Shown here: piece by piece, positions 1 through 13,428 of the stretch
How positions within the stretch are numbered: the stretch's first letter is position 1
Layout: the number at the start of each line of letters is the position of its first letter
Source of the DNA: Azolla caroliniana
Taxonomy: Eukaryota; Plantae; Polypodiophyta
DNA length: 64,000 nucleotides
Assembly (NCBI GenBank): GCA_043228905.1
Contig: JBHGNT010000008.1
Coordinates: 5,704,001 to 5,768,000 of the forward strand
Direction of reading: 5' to 3'
Notes under the pieces: model-generated
Told to the model about the DNA's origin: nothing
Databases searched by the model: none
Seen by the model: only the letters and a program-made list of their open reading frames with translations
Program-made: the position numbers and the translations under genes

Positions 1-456
1 CTTAATTACTAAATCAATAACGATTACAACCGGCAAGCCGACAAAGGACCCAACTCAGGCGAACACACACACACACCCCTACTGCACTCAAGCAAAGGAA
101 ACTCAGTCTGAAATCCTGCAGAGAATGACGAACGATGGAGGAGAGAGCTCGGTCCCAGTCTGGCAGCACTTCGTCCTCGCTCCTAAAACGCGATCCCTTC
201 ATCCGCCTTCTTACTTCCCTTTTATAGGCCGTCGAGGCAAGCCGTTGCACCCTCGTTTTCATCAATTTATTCTCTGTCCTTTCGGACAGAGATACTCTTG
301 GATTTCCTAGACATTCAATGTGTCACATCTAGTCTATCTACACCCATCGTCCTACTCCTAGTTATGTAGAAGGTATTAATTGGTGTGGGAAAGTGTAGGG
401 CCGGTTCATGCGCCCAGCTTCGCCGATTCCGCTTTTGGCCGGTTTTCTTCACGATA
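1..456 (-). mobile_element. Partial LTR (TGTCGTG-type terminus, here TATCGTG) inserted into a gypsy integrase; continues beyond the window
   Basis: Integrase frame breaks abruptly after VLVFQTR at 457. Minus strand then starts TATCGTG, like the TGTCGTG termini at 46187 and 53292. Non-coding, with a CA microsatellite and a TATA-like site. Confidence 0.5.
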
Positions 457-1722
457 GCGTGTTTGAAAGACCAATACGGCCTTCCCAACAGCAAAACATT
501 TCTCCCTTGTGCCCCGTTGTTGATCTACGAATGCTTTACGCCGTCGCTGCTCTTGCTCGAGTACGGCCATACTATGGACCCGAGCCTCGCCTAATTCGAG
601 AAGTTGTTGTAGCCGTATTTGCTCGGACTTGCCTTCTAACAATCGGTCTCGTACTTGAATTCTCAAACTGGGCACCTCGAATTCGATGGGCATTACGGCT
701 TCTAACCCAAACACGAGCTAGTAGGGTGTGGACTGTACGCTAGTTTTGTAACTCGTTCAATATGCCCACAAGGCGTTGGTATCCCAATCTGTCCTATTCT
801 CATTCATGATCTTTTTCATTATGGTCTATAAGGTCTTGTTTGTGGACTCCGCTAACCCATTCACCTTCCGGTAATATGGCGTGTTCTTCTTATGCACTAC
901 GGTGTAATGGTGTGTTAGCTCATAAATGAACGAATTCAGAAAGTGGCTACTTGATCATTCATGAGCTCGATTGAGCAACCAAAACGACACCAAATGTATT
1001 CGTAAAGAAATTTTGTCGTGGATGCCGCCGTATTATCCCGTAACGCTTTTGCTTCTACCCACTTCGTGCAGTAATCCGTGGCTACGAGAATGTACTTATT
1101 GCCCGTCCACGCCGTTGTCGGCGTAAAGGGACCGACAAAATCCAGACTCCATTTTTGGAATGGATCCAGCGGAAGAACCGGTTGGTGCGTCATCCGTAGG
1201 TTGCCCCAACCATTGACATAGATCACACTGTCTATAGTATTGATATGTGTCTTTCTATTAGTTGGCAACCATAACCTTGCTTGCCATATTTTTTGGGCCG
1301 TAACATCGCCCACGTAATGTCTTCCAACTGTACCGCAATGAGCTTCGCGCAGAACGGCTTCCTTTTCATCCTGGCATATCCCGCATCACCAGATCCCATC
1401 ATTGCCCTTGTGGTGAAAAACCCCTTTGACCAGGCAAAAGTTACGACTGCGGACTAGCAGTCGTTTCTTCTCATCCATCGTTAGCTACGGAGGTGGCAGT
1501 CCCGTAATCAAAAAGTACGTCATTTCCACCAACCAACGATCCGGAAAAATTGTTCCTCCTTGTGATGCCCTAGTCGCGATCCTCAGAATGTCTGAATCAG
1601 GAAAGTCTTCATCGCCATTATCTACTCGGCTTAAGAAATCAGCTACGACATGCTTCATGCCTGGCCAATGCTGAATTGCGAAGTCGAACTCCTAGAGCAG
1701 CAACATCCATCTGGCCAGCCGG
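457..1722 (-). pseudogene. Degenerate Ty3/gypsy pol fragment (RNase H end to integrase), related to the 31563-41402 element
   Basis: ORFs 936..1313 (LDFVGPF, YILVATDYCTKWVEAKALRDNTA) and 406..714 (FGLEAVMPIEFEVPSLRIQ) closely match 36874..37653; frameshifts and stops present. Confidence 0.9.
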
Positions 1723-1734
1723 GCATGCCAAAAG

Positions 1735-2228
1735 TGTTACCGATTAGGAACACTGTCTACTCTCAGTCCTTTGAGGTACACTTCAAGGTGATTGCGGTGC
1801 AAGGAATAGATCCGTAGGTGCGCGAAGCATAACAGGATTACAAAGCAACACGTATCGTGGGGGTGTGAAGGGAGACGGCTACAACCGAAGCTCACCAGTG
1901 TGTAATCTCGTATACACACTCACCCTACGCTTACTAGGCCATAGTTACCAACAGAGTGCTACACCGTAGCAATAGACGACTTACACAGACATGAGAATCA
2001 GAGAAGATAGTATTGTATTATCAAAAGGGTAGCTCCCAAAATACACGCTAACTCTTACAAAGGATTTCCACCCTTTATATACACAGGTCTTTTAGTCCGT
2101 TACGCTCCTAGCGTGAACCGTTACGTGCGTTTCTTTAACGCTTCTAATAAAATATTCTATTCGTCTAAGCGTTAGGTCCGGCGGAAAAAAAACCCATAGG
2201 CAAACCTCTGCTGAGGTGGCGGGGGACA
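1735..2228 (-). mobile_element. 5' LTR of an internally deleted gypsy element; PBS TGGCATGCCCG at about 1720-1730
   Basis: TGT...ACA termini. On the minus strand the LTR is followed by CTTT-TGGCATGCCCG and then directly by RLARWMLLL of RNase H. Flanks do not form a TSD. Confidence 0.65.
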
Positions 2229-4525
2229 TCATGCCATGGCTGCATGTTGTGTTTGAGTAGCTCTTCGAGTGTGAATTCTACTTCTTTAGCGAGTATAGGT
2301 TGTAGCTCGTAATTGTCAGTCACGAAGGTGTCGATGTAGCTCTGTACTTCACATAATCTTAGTTGTAACTTTAGATTTAATATTTGTTGGAGCAGGATTG
2401 TGCTGACTTTGTTAATTGGAGTAGATTGAGAGATGGGGGTGTCAGTTGGCGTTGTGGTGAGGGGGGGCGTATCTGCTTATCGGGGTGGCGGGTTTACCCA
2501 TTCTTCTAGTTGGTCTACATTTAGAATTGGGAGGCTAAGCGACCCTTTGATCTGTTCATGGTGTATGAGTTTGATGTATTCTTTGACCTTTTGTTTTCCA
2601 GCTATTGGGTTTGGGTACGCTGCTAGGTGTGCGGATAAGTCTTGGTTAGGGTTGGTGGTTACCGCTTCTACGTCTCCTTGAGGTTCTTGATCTTACTTGG
2701 AGGTCTTCGTGGATGCGGTCTTTTAAGATTTTCGCTTCTTTCATGTGATCGTGGGAAGGCCCTGGTCATGACACTTCAAGTTATGAGCTACTCTTTGAGC
2801 TCGTGTGATGACATTCGCGCCAGTCGTTGATGGTACTATGGATAATAGGTTGGTGCTAATGCGTTTCTTTTTCTCTGAGCAGTCAGGTACCATGTGTTCT
2901 TTACCACACCCCGGGCATGATGCCTCCTGTTGGAACCACTCGATGAGGTCCTACGATTGTTAGTTGAGACTTTGTATTGGTGGTATTGATGGTGCTTCCG
3001 ATGGGGCATATCGTGGTCGTTGTGCAATCCGGTTGTAGTACTCATGTTTAGTTGGGCACTCGCTAACCATGTGTGGCCCTTGGCAATTGAAACATTTCAA
3101 TTATGGCCTTCTTAAACCATTGTTATTTCGATATCCCATCGGTGGGGCCGTCTGTTCTCCTCGTAAGACGTACATTGGTATTTGGTCGCCTTCGAAGTCC
3201 ACGAAGTGAGAAAGCACCTCTTCTTCACCGACATACTCCCATTATGGGTCTTCATATTCTGAGGTACCCCCCCCCCCCCCACCAACCTGAACATGGTTAT
3301 TAGTGGCATATTCTAGTTCGGCGAGGCGAGCTCCAATGCCAGGTAGTAGGGGTTGTTGGGGAAGTATTGCGGGTAGTTGTGGGCAGCTAAGCAGTGGGGG
3401 TGATCGTGGGTGCTCGACCACTACTATTTGGCCATATCTTCCATTTGGGGCTTGCCAGTAGTTCTCTTGAGAGTGCATCACGAAGGCTTTGCACCACTTA
3501 CAATATTGAGGCCATTGTTGGTGGAGGGGGCATTCATGCCCGGTGTGATGGCCATGGCACACTACGCACCTTACGTTTTTTCTTTGGGCATATGCTTGGG
3601 GTCTTTCTATATGGGGTGGTCTCGGCGGTGTGGGTGGAGTGGGTTTCGAGGTTTTCTTGTGGTTGTTCATACGCGGTTGTGTGGGTATCCGCAACCCGCT
3701 CATTGAATCTTTAAAAGTCATCACTACGGTGCAAGCTTCCGCGAATGACCGACACATCTTGGCGATGACGAAATTTTGGAGTGTGGAGTCAAACAACCCA
3801 TTGATGAAGTGCCTCATCAATTTGTCGCTTGACATTTTATTGCTCAGGCTACACCGATGGTGAAGACTTTTAATGTGGCGTATATAATCCCTAACTGTCT
3901 TGTTCGCTTCTTGCTTGAAGGCAAAATGTTGGTCGATCGTTTATTCCATCTACGAGTGAAGTTGATTAAAAAATCTTCAATGTCATACTCGAAGTCTGCG
4001 ACGATGTCTTCATTCAAAGTCCTAAACCAAATTCCAGTTTGGTCGTCGAGCATAAGCCCGAATGCGGCTACTTTGGTAACCTCTGTGAGAGGTTCATAGG
4101 CTCGACATATCTGTTTGAACCTCTTTACATGCTCATAAGCGTCGCCGAAACTGAGGATGTGAGGTACTATTTTAGAGATGGAAGTGCTCTTCCTGCTATT
4201 GTTTGTGGGGTTTCTTGAGTTGTCCGCAGGTACTTGTTCTTTTTCCATCAATCGCATGCAACTCTTGCATTGTGTCCTGTATGTGTCGCTCTAAATTGAG
4301 TGGGTCTGCCATTGGGCTCTCCTGTAGTGGGGGTGTGTTGAGAGGTACTTTGGTTTCCAGGCTTGGTGGGAGGTTCATGTTTGGTAGTGTCCCTGGGGTT
4401 AACCACCCTCCATGGTATCCAGTCGGGTTAGATGGTCCAACACCGTGTGTTTGATTGGTTTCCGTGAACTCTTCTTGGTGTGTGGGTCGAGTTTTGAACA
4501 TCCCCGTCAATGAGGATCCAGCCAT
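2229..4525 (-). pseudogene. Degenerate retrotransposon gag with several zinc knuckles
   Basis: HVKRFKQICRAY..AFGLMLDDQTGIWFRTL capsid-like segment; knuckles CVVCHGHHTGHEC and CFNCQGPHMVSEC; many frameshifts. Confidence 0.7.
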
Positions 4526-4759
4526 ATGTATGGTGAAGGATTTTGGATTTTCCTTGTGTTGTCTCGACGTCGAACTTCATGGGTTTATCGAACTTTGATC
4601 CTTCGGCGAACTTTGCGGGTTCGTCAAACTTTGATCTTTTGTTGAAAGATGATATTTCGTCAAACTTTGGTCAAAAAATTTGAATTTCAAATTTTGATTT
4701 TCATGTAGACAATAAGAGTAATGAATATGTTTATTAACCCTCTTTGGTAAGAGGTCTAC

Positions 4760-5208
4760 TGTTTGGAATAATACTAAAACAAAGAGAGAATTAGTACTCG
4801 AAAAGGGAAGTACTATTAGTACTAAGAGGACGGGACTGCGTAAGACTCCCGAGAGAGGAAGAGAGAAGAGGAGAGAGATAGCGAGGATGAGAGAGAGAGA
4901 GAGAGATGATGATGATGATAACAGAGGATATATTATGTGAAGAGTAAGTACAAAAGGGCTATAAGGCTTAAGACTGGCGTTGAACCAATTTGGTTCAAAA
5001 TAATGCCTAATGCCTTCTTTTATAGTGTTCTCAGGAGTAATCCTGAAGCTTCAAGAATGTTCTAGAGAAATCTAGAATATACATTAATTTCCTATAATAA
5101 AACTTAAATGAAAATAATATCTTACGTATTACAATAGATGGTATAATGGTTAAGAGCTCGACCCATATAACATAAGGTCATGGGTTCGAGTGTTGCCATA
5201 TCATGACA
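4760..5208 (-). repeat. 3' LTR of chromovirus
   Basis: Matches 13252-13720; preceded on the minus strand by PPT AAGGGGGAGATAG. Confidence 0.93.
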
Positions 5209-6327
5209 CTATCTCCCCCTTAAGACGACAAGTGGAACGAGTCGACGCTGATTGTGGACCGGGTTTGTTCGGATACTTTCGATGGAACTTAGCAAAAAGA
5301 TCCTGAGCATTGGCGACATGCTCGATGGGTTCCCAAGTACGTTGGCTCGGCCTATAGCCGAGCCAATCGACCAAATAATAAAGTTTGTTGCGAAAAAGTT
5401 TGGAATCGAGGATGGCAGCAACTTCATACTTCGGGCCGGCTTCCAACTCAAGCGGGGGCAGCAGTGGTGTAACACAATTGGGAATAGTGTTTGCTTTATC
5501 AGGTTCAAGAAGAGAGCTATGGAAAACCGGATATATCTAACGATGCGGAGGGAGATCAAGGCGGAACGTGACATCATTAACCTTACTAGTAATACGGAAA
5601 GGACGACGTAAGAGCCATACTCGATCTCCGATGGCAAAAGAGGAGGGAAGCCGATGACGATCCACATAAGTCTTCTGTGTGTGTTGAGCATGACGAAGAT
5701 GAGTAGAGAGATCCATCTAGATCTAGCGTAGCCTTTCCAAATGATCCTCGGCAAGAGGATTGGTAGGTAGCTTCGGGGTGTCGATCACCAACCAGCGAGG
5801 ATGAGAACCGGTATAAGCGTAAAATGGGGAGACCCGAGTCGAGTGAACAACATTATTATATGAAAACTCCGCAAAGTGGAGAATCTCGGCCCAATCGTCC
5901 TGTTGATAACTCAGAAAACACCAGAGATATTGTTCCATCGTTTGGTTTGTTCGTTCCGCCTGGCCATTGGTCTAGGGATGGTAGCCGGAGGAGAGGTTGC
6001 AAGAGACCTTGAGCATCTTGAAGAGATGCTGCCAAAATTTGGAGGCGAATTGAGGTCCTCGGTCACTGATGATACTATCTAGGAGGCCATGATGTTGAAA
6101 TACCTCACGCATGACAAGGGCAGCGGTTTCCTCGCTAGTGATAGCCTTAGTACACGGCACAAAATGTGTCATCTTAGTATATCGATCAACGACTGTTAAG
6201 ATAGCATCGAACCCCTTCGAGACCGGCAGATCTGTGATAAAATCAAGACAAATAGACTACCATGGCTTACTTGGAATCGGTAAGGGTTCCAACAAGCCAT
6301 ATGGATGGTGTCGGGGCATCTTTGCTC

Positions 6328-6758
6328 GACAGCAAGCATCACAAGTCCAAACGTAGTCATCGACAAAACGTCGTATATGGGGCCACCAAAAAGATCGTTG
6401 ACCGAGATCCAACATCTTAGTGCTACCGAAATGTCCCGTCGTATGGGTGTCGTGACAATTTTGGACGATTTGCAGGTGACAGGAGCAATCGGGGACATAT
6501 ACAAGTTTTTAAAGAATAACAAACCATCATGATATTCGAATTGACAGCAAGCATCACAAGTCCAAATGTAGTCATCGGCAAAACGTCGCATATGGGGCCA
6601 CCAAAAAGATTGTTGAACGAGATCCAACATCTTAGTACTACCGAAATGTCCCGCCGTATGGGTGTTGTGACAATTTTGGACGATTTGAAGGCGACAACAG
6701 CAATCGGGGACATATACAAGTTTTTAAAGAATAACAAACCATCCTGATATTCGAATTG
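6328..6758. repeat. 215-bp tandem duplication in the integrase zinc-finger region
   Basis: GACAGCAAGCATCACAAGTCC at 6328 and 6543; GATATTCGAATTG at 6531 and 6746. Confidence 0.9.
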
Positions 6759-7084
6759 TCGGTAGTCCATACCTGGTTGTTGAGATTGGGAACAGGATGC
6801 CCGAGAGGTATCAATGTGCGCCAAAATGTCTTGAGCAAAACTGTGTGTCTTCAAGTTCGCACGTATGGCATCGGTAATCCGGGAATCCATTGGTGTGTGA
6901 AAAATCCACATTGTGTGCAATCGTGTTGGTCCCAAGATTACTTTCTTTTGATTATCAAACATTGGATCACCAGGACGAGGTGCAAAATATGAATGTCGTG
7001 ATAGCGCATCTTCTTTTCCTTGCTGCTTCCCCGGTCGATATTGTTGAGAAATCGTTCGGAATTAATGACAATAAGCGAACTGTG

Positions 7085-9607
7085 TGTTGAGAACTCGACG
7101 TTCCTTATGTCCGACGCTCGGCCACAACCGAGATTCTTTTCATACACAGAAAAAACAGGTAATGAACCGCGACACAAAAGAGGAGAAATGGTACACAGGA
7201 GGTATACGTGGAAAACCCCAAAATAGGGGAAAAACCACGGCAGCCCACAAGATGCAAACTGTCACTATGTAGAAATATACAACAGTGAGATCACTGAGGC
7301 AACGACCTCGTGCTCTCAGATCTTCGCCACAGGCGGCGGTTACAACAGAGGCAACGACCTCGTCTCTCTCTCTCTCTCTCTGTACAGTTACGCGCTCTGA
7401 TTTCTTCTTGCACCAACAACGAAGAATAACAACAAAAACGACAACTGCTAACAACCTAAAAGTTTGCCCTAAGTCATATTTATACTAATATGACTTTTCG
7501 GCTATTTACAAATGTAGCCTCGATGGGCTCCATCCGGCTCTCCGCAGTCGGGTACTCCTCATCCGGTTCATACCGGGCCTACACCATCCGACTCTCCGCA
7601 ATCGGGTTCTCCCCATCCGGTTCATACCGGGCCTACACCATCCGACTCTCCGCAGTCGGGTTCTCCCCATCCGGTTCATACCGGGCCTACACCATCCGAC
7701 TCTCCGCAGTCGGGTTCTCCCCATCCGGTTCATACCGGGCCTACACCATCCGACTCTCCGCAGTCGGGTTCTCCCCATCCGGTTCATACCGGACCTACAC
7801 CATCCGACTCTCCGCAGTCGGGTTCTCCCCATCCGGTTCATACCGGGCCTACACCATCCGACTCTCCGCAGTCGGGTTCTCCCCATCCGGTTCATACCGG
7901 GACTACACCATCCGACTCTCCGCAGTCGGGTTCTCCCCATCCGGTTCATACCGGGCCTACACCATCCGACTCTCCGCAGTCGGGTTCTCCCCATCCGGTT
8001 CATACCGGGCCTACACCATCCGACTCTCCGCAGTCGGGTTCTCCCCATCCGGTTCATACCGGGCCTACACCATCCGACTCTCCGCAGTCGGGTTCTCCCC
8101 ATCCGGTTCATACCGGGCCTACACCATCCGACTCTCCGTAGTCGGGTTCTCCCCATCCGGTTCATACCGGGCCTACACCATCCGACTCTCCGCAGTCGGG
8201 TTCTCCCCATCCGGCTCATACCGGGCCTACACCATCCGACTCTCCGCAGTCGGGTTCTCCCCATCCGGCTCATACCGGGCCTACACCATCCGACTCTCCG
8301 CAGTCGGGTTCTCCCCATCCGGTTCATACCGGGCCTACACCATCCGACTCTCCGCAGTCGGGTTCTCCCCATCCGGTTCATACCGGGCCTACACCATCCG
8401 ACTCTCCGCAGTCGGGTTCTCCCCATCCGGTTCATACCGGGCCTACACCATCCGACTCTCCGCAGTCGGGTTCTCCCCATCCGGTTCATACCGGGCCTAC
8501 ACCATCCGACTCTCCGCAGTCGGGTTCTCCCCATCCGGTTCATACCGGGCCTACACCATCCGACTCTCCGCAGTCGGGTTCTCCCCATCCGGTTCATACC
8601 GGGCCTACACCATCCGACTCTCCGCAGTCGGGTTCTCCCCATCCGGTTCATACCGGGCCTACACCATCCGACTCTCCGCAGTCGGGTTCTCCCCATCCGG
8701 TTCATACCGGGCCTACACCATCCGACTCTCCGCAGTCGGGTTCTCCCCATCCGGTTCATACCGGGCCTACACCATCCGACTCTCCGCAGTCGGGTTCTCC
8801 CCATCCGGTTCATACCGGGCCTACACCATCCGACTCTCCGCAGTCGGGTTCTCCCCATCCGGTTCATACCGGGCCTACACCATCCGACTCTCCGCAGTCG
8901 GGTTCTCCCCATCCGGTTCATACCGGGCCTACACCATCCGACTCTCCGCAGTCGGGTTCTCCCCATCCGGTTCATACCGGGCCTACACCATCCGACTCTC
9001 CGCAGTCGGGTTCTCCCCATCCGGTTCATACCGGGCCTACACCATCCGACTCTCCGCAGTCGGGTTCTCCCCATCCGGTTCATACCGGGCCTACACCATC
9101 CGACTCTCCGCAGTCGGGTTCTCCCCATCCGGTTCATACCGGGCCTACACCATCCGACTCTCCGCAGTCGGGTTCTCCCCATCCGGTTCATACCGGGCCT
9201 ACACCATCCGACTCTCCGCAGTCGGGTTCTCCCCATCCGGTTCATACCGGGCCTACACCATCCGACTCTCCGCAGTCGGGTTCTCCCCATCCGGCTCATA
9301 CCGGGCCTACACCATCCGACTCTCCGCAGTCGGGTTCTCCCCATCCGGCTCATACCGGGCCTACACCATCCGACTCTCCGCAGTCGGGTTCTCCCCATCC
9401 GGCTCATACCGGGCCTACACCATCCGACTCTCCGCAGTCGGGTTCTCCCCATCCGGTTCATACCGGGCCTACACCATCCGACTCTCCGCAGTCGGGTTCT
9501 CCCCATCCGGTTCATACCGTTTCGGCCTCGGCCTGTCGGCCTCGGCCGAGTTTGTTCGTCGGCACTGTTCTTCTCCCTTCCCATCCGGAGGGACCTGTCT
9601 ACCAACA
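7085..9607 (-). mobile_element. Solo LTR of the Tork-like copia family with an expanded U3 array, TSD CTGTG
   Basis: CTGTG at 7080-7084 and 9608-9612; TGTTG...CAACA; homologous to 42098-42989 and 26198-26783. Confidence 0.92.
7531..9519. repeat. 54-bp tandem array, about 36.8 near-identical copies
   Basis: Unit CATCCGACTCTCCGCAGTCGGGTTCTCCCCATCCGGTTCATACCGGGCCTACAC; phase holds at 7531, 7801 and 9421. Confidence 0.98.
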
Positions 9608-12600
9608 CTGTGCTGAAATACGAATTGTAGAAAATACCAGAAAGACAAGTTAGACGACTATACACAGAGATTTACGTGGAAACCCTAAAACGGGGAAAAC
9701 CACGGGTGAACAGATTTCTTCACTATACAAAGTGGATATACAACATCGAGAGGAATACAACACTCTGTCGAGTGTATCAACCGCATAGGGCTCTTCACGT
9801 CTACTGTTACTCACAAAACTATGGCGCGGCTCACACACACTCTCTCTCTCTCTCTCTCACGCACTCTCTACGTTCATACTGTTCTACACTTACTATTCTT
9901 CTCTACATACTCTCACAAAAAAGGTTTGCCCTAGTTGCATATATCCTTACACAACTTTCTGGCTATTTACATACGTAGCCCTCATGGGGTGCACACTCAG
10001 ACTATTTACAAATATAGTCTCCCGAGTTGGCTATTTACACAATTCCAGTTGAAGCCTCAGCCTATCGGCCTCAGCCGAGTTCCTCATCAACTCAGCTCCT
10101 ATTTTCCGACTCTTCGACTGTCGGCTTTCTGAACAGTCAGATCATCCTCCCACTGGAGGGACATTTTCCCAACAAATATGTGATTTTGAAGTCAAAACGC
10201 GTGAGGAATTGAGCCCAGCGAGCTTGCCGTCGATTTAGCACCCAAGCGTTCTGGAAATAAGGAAGATTTTTGTGATCACTAAAGACGATGACCTGATGTG
10301 GAGAGCCCTCTAAGAAATGCCACCATTGCACAAAGAAATCCACGATGGCTAATAACTCCTTGTCATGTATTTCGTAGTTGATTTCCGCTGCATCGAATTT
10401 GCGCGACTGGAAAACCATAGGATGTAACTCTTCTTTATCTCCTTGCTGAGAAAGGATGCTACCGAGGGCGAAATCCGATGAGTCGGCCTCCATGATGAAT
10501 GGTTTGTTTGTATTCAGATGAGCTAGAATAGGAGCTGATGTAAAGACTTTCTTAAGATGTTGAAAATCCATGTCTGGTTCATTGGACCAAAGAAATCATT
10601 GTCCCTTCTTCGTAAGTTGTGTGAGAGCTAAAATAATCTTCGAGTAATCCTGTATAAACTTGCGGTAGAAGTTAGCAAAACCTAGAAAACATTGTACATC
10701 TCGTACCGACCGTGGAATTTGCCACCCTAGCACAGTTTGGACTTTAGCTAGATCCATGGAGATGCCCTTTGAGGAGATGACGTAGCCTAGAAATTCCACT
10801 TGCTTGCAATCAAAGCTACATTTTTCTAGCTTGGCATAAAGACCATTCTCGTAGAGTTGTTTTAGTACTAATAGTACATGAGAATCGTGTTCTTCCTGGG
10901 TCTTCGAATAAATCAATAGATCATCCAAATATATGATCAAACAGATATCCAAGAGGTCTCTGAATATATCATTTGCCAGGTGTTGGAAGACTGTGGGAGC
11001 ATTGGTTAGACTGAACGGCATAATAGTATATTCGAAATGCCCATACTGCGTGCGAAAGGCAGTCTTCTATTCACCTCCCGATCAGATCCGCACGAGGTTA
11101 TACGCTCCTCGTAGATCGATTTTTGTAAAAGACATGGCACCATTAACTCACTCTAAAGACTTGATATAAGAGGAAGTGCATACCTATTCCGGATGGTGAC
11201 TTTATTCAAGCCGTGGTAATCAACGACGAGACGAACTGAGCCATCTTTCTTCTTGACAAAGAAGATGGGTGCACCGGCCAGAGATTTCGAATGACGAATA
11301 AACCCGCTTGCCAAGTTCTCCTCTATGTAGGCTCAAAGGACTTCTAACTCGGTGGTAGCTCTGTTCTTGGTTATAAATCGATGGGACAAGCATAGGGACG
11401 ATGATGAGGAAGAGTACTGGCTTTTACCTTGTCAAATACATTGGCATAAGGATGATATTTTGCCGAAAGTTGCACTAGGGATTCCTTCTTAATAGTGCTG
11501 GAAGGATGTACTGATATTGACAATAGGAACATTGCCTCCTTGTGTCCTTCTTCGCGTAATTTATGGAGTGAAATGGTCGAACCTCGATGAGTAGATTCTT
11601 GGGGTTGTCGATATCGGACTTCTCTTGTTCTCTAATCTATGTCTAGATTATGTAATTCAAACCAAGGTAATCCTAGGACAATGGGATGCTCTGCACTACT
11701 AATTATATTAAATGATACTACACACACAAAACTACCTCGGACACCATAAATGGGTTCTTACTTTTCTACAATATTCCCGGAAGCAATGGGACGACCATCA
11801 ATGACTACTACAGATGTGGGGCAAGGAAGTTTTCTTAAGGATATCCGAGAAGCTTGGGCAAAATTTTGATCCATGAAACAGGAATTAGCTCCGGAATCTA
11901 GAAGTGCTAGGACGTGTACTGGGGTATGGGGGAGTACTTTTAGTACTAACCATGACTTGGGCTAGGGACACATTGCTAACTTTATTGGAGGGAATGGAAC
12001 CACTAATGGGTTGTACAGATCTAGGGTTGTCCAACCAGACGGCTCCTATTTTGGCTGGACTCAATCGTTTAACTCTTCATCTAATTGACTAAGGATTTCA
12101 AATTTGTTTGAGATACTTGGGCTATTAGTACTATTAATACTATCAGACACTCTATTATTACTATTAATACTATCAGATACTCCTAAGGGAAGAATTGACT
12201 CGGGTTTAGTACAGGCTACAATTTGATTTACCTGTCTTCTTGGCCTATGGGGACAATTGATTGCGATATGCCCTGGTCCACCGCAATAAAGACATAATCG
12301 ATTTGCACGTCGTCGTTGTTTTTCTTCTTCCGATAACGGGCCACAATGACGCATGGTGTCGATCTCCATCGGTGTTGGAGTATTTGCTTGAGGTACGTCG
12401 CGTGCAAACGGTTTAGCTGCGACTGAGGCATTAGTGGGCTCCGGCCTAGAGCATGGTATTTGTAATTGACGTTCCGAACGCCGTTCGAAAAGGCGGCTGT
12501 CGCATCGGACCGCTCCACTGATTGCCTCTGTAAGAGACTTTGGTTCTTCAGGGAAGGTTAAAAGTAAATATTTGACATCGTTTCGCAGGCCATAGCGAAA

Positions 12601-13237
12601 CTGCTCCATTAGTGCCTAATCATCCCAGGGGATATCTGAGGCAAGTAGATGGAAATCCACTGCGTAGGCTTTTGTTGATCGTCGTCTGGATGTTGTCGGT
12701 ATCTCCAAAGCAGGCTTTAAACTCACTAATAAAGTCTTCAAAGTTATTAAGCAAGGGCAATTGTTTTTCTAGAAGCGGAGCAAACCATGCCAAGGCTGAG
12801 CCGCTAAGCAACGTGCCTATTAGGCCGACTCAGGATGCATCAGTGGGGTATCGGGAAGGATGTATTTGGATGACTAAGCGTACCTGATTAAGGAATCCCT
12901 TGAATTGTGATCGCGTTCCATCAAATTTCACAGGATGTCCAATCTTGGGCTCTTTATGAAATCCTTGGGGACTTGATCCTTGTTATTGCAACGCTGCTTT
13001 GAGTTGTTGTACCCGTAACGCTAACTCCCCATGTTGTTGTTGCGTTTGTTGTTTTTCGAGAGCGATTTGTTGCAAGTCCCCTATCAACCGTTGGTTTTCT
13101 TGTTCCAAGGCAACCAATTTTTCTTTTAGACACTATAGCTCGGAGAAAACGGATTGATATTCTTGGGCGCTAACAGTAGTCATAGTATAGGAAAAAGGGT
13201 AGGAGGATGAGGAAAAACGACAAGTAGACTGGAGGAG

Positions 13238-13251
13238 AAATTGATTCAAAC
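13238..13251 (-). promoter_or_regulatory. Non-tRNA PBS (GTTTGAATCAATTT), putative self-priming site
   Basis: Abuts the 5' LTR, lacks TGG, and is complementary to the LTR segment at 13491-13503 (one mismatch). Confidence 0.7.
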
Positions 13252-13384
13252 TATCAGGAATAGTACTAAAATAGAGAGAAAATTAGTACTGGAAAAGGGA
13301 AGTACTATTAGTACTAAGAGGACGGGATTGCGTAAGACTCCCGAGAGAGGAAGAGAGAAGAGGAGAGAGAGAGATAGCGAGGAC

Positions 13385-13428
<44 letters not shown>

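Larger units (their letters stand above)
7042..10174 (-). mobile_element. Solo copia-type LTR (7042-7084 plus 9613-10174), TSD GATAT/AATAT
   Basis: TGTTG...CAACA termini; chromovirus pol is continuous across it (compare 25621-25660); contains the CGTGGAAACCC..GGGAAAACCACG motif seen in the other copia LTRs. Confidence 0.85.
5201..13183 (-). pseudogene. Chromovirus gag-pol, interrupted at 7042-10174
   Basis: Chromodomain YEVAAILDSK..YYLVDWLGY..TWEP (5201..5446); RT YLDD (10596..11021); RNase H EADSSDF; gag knuckle CLYCGGPGHIAINC; stops and frameshifts. Confidence 0.92.

Noticed and set aside
5132-5205. tRNA genes in LTRs (also 13645-13717 and 54455-54525)
   Set aside because: A and B boxes are present, but acceptor and anticodon stems do not pair; reported only as tRNA-like modules.
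7531-9519. CRISPR-like array with hairpin repeats
   Set aside because: No unique spacers and no cas genes; units are contiguous and LTR-derived.
7490-9665. 708-aa and 719-aa ORFs on opposite strands
   Set aside because: By-product of a stop-free 54-bp (18-codon) repeat inside an LTR; no evidence of coding function.
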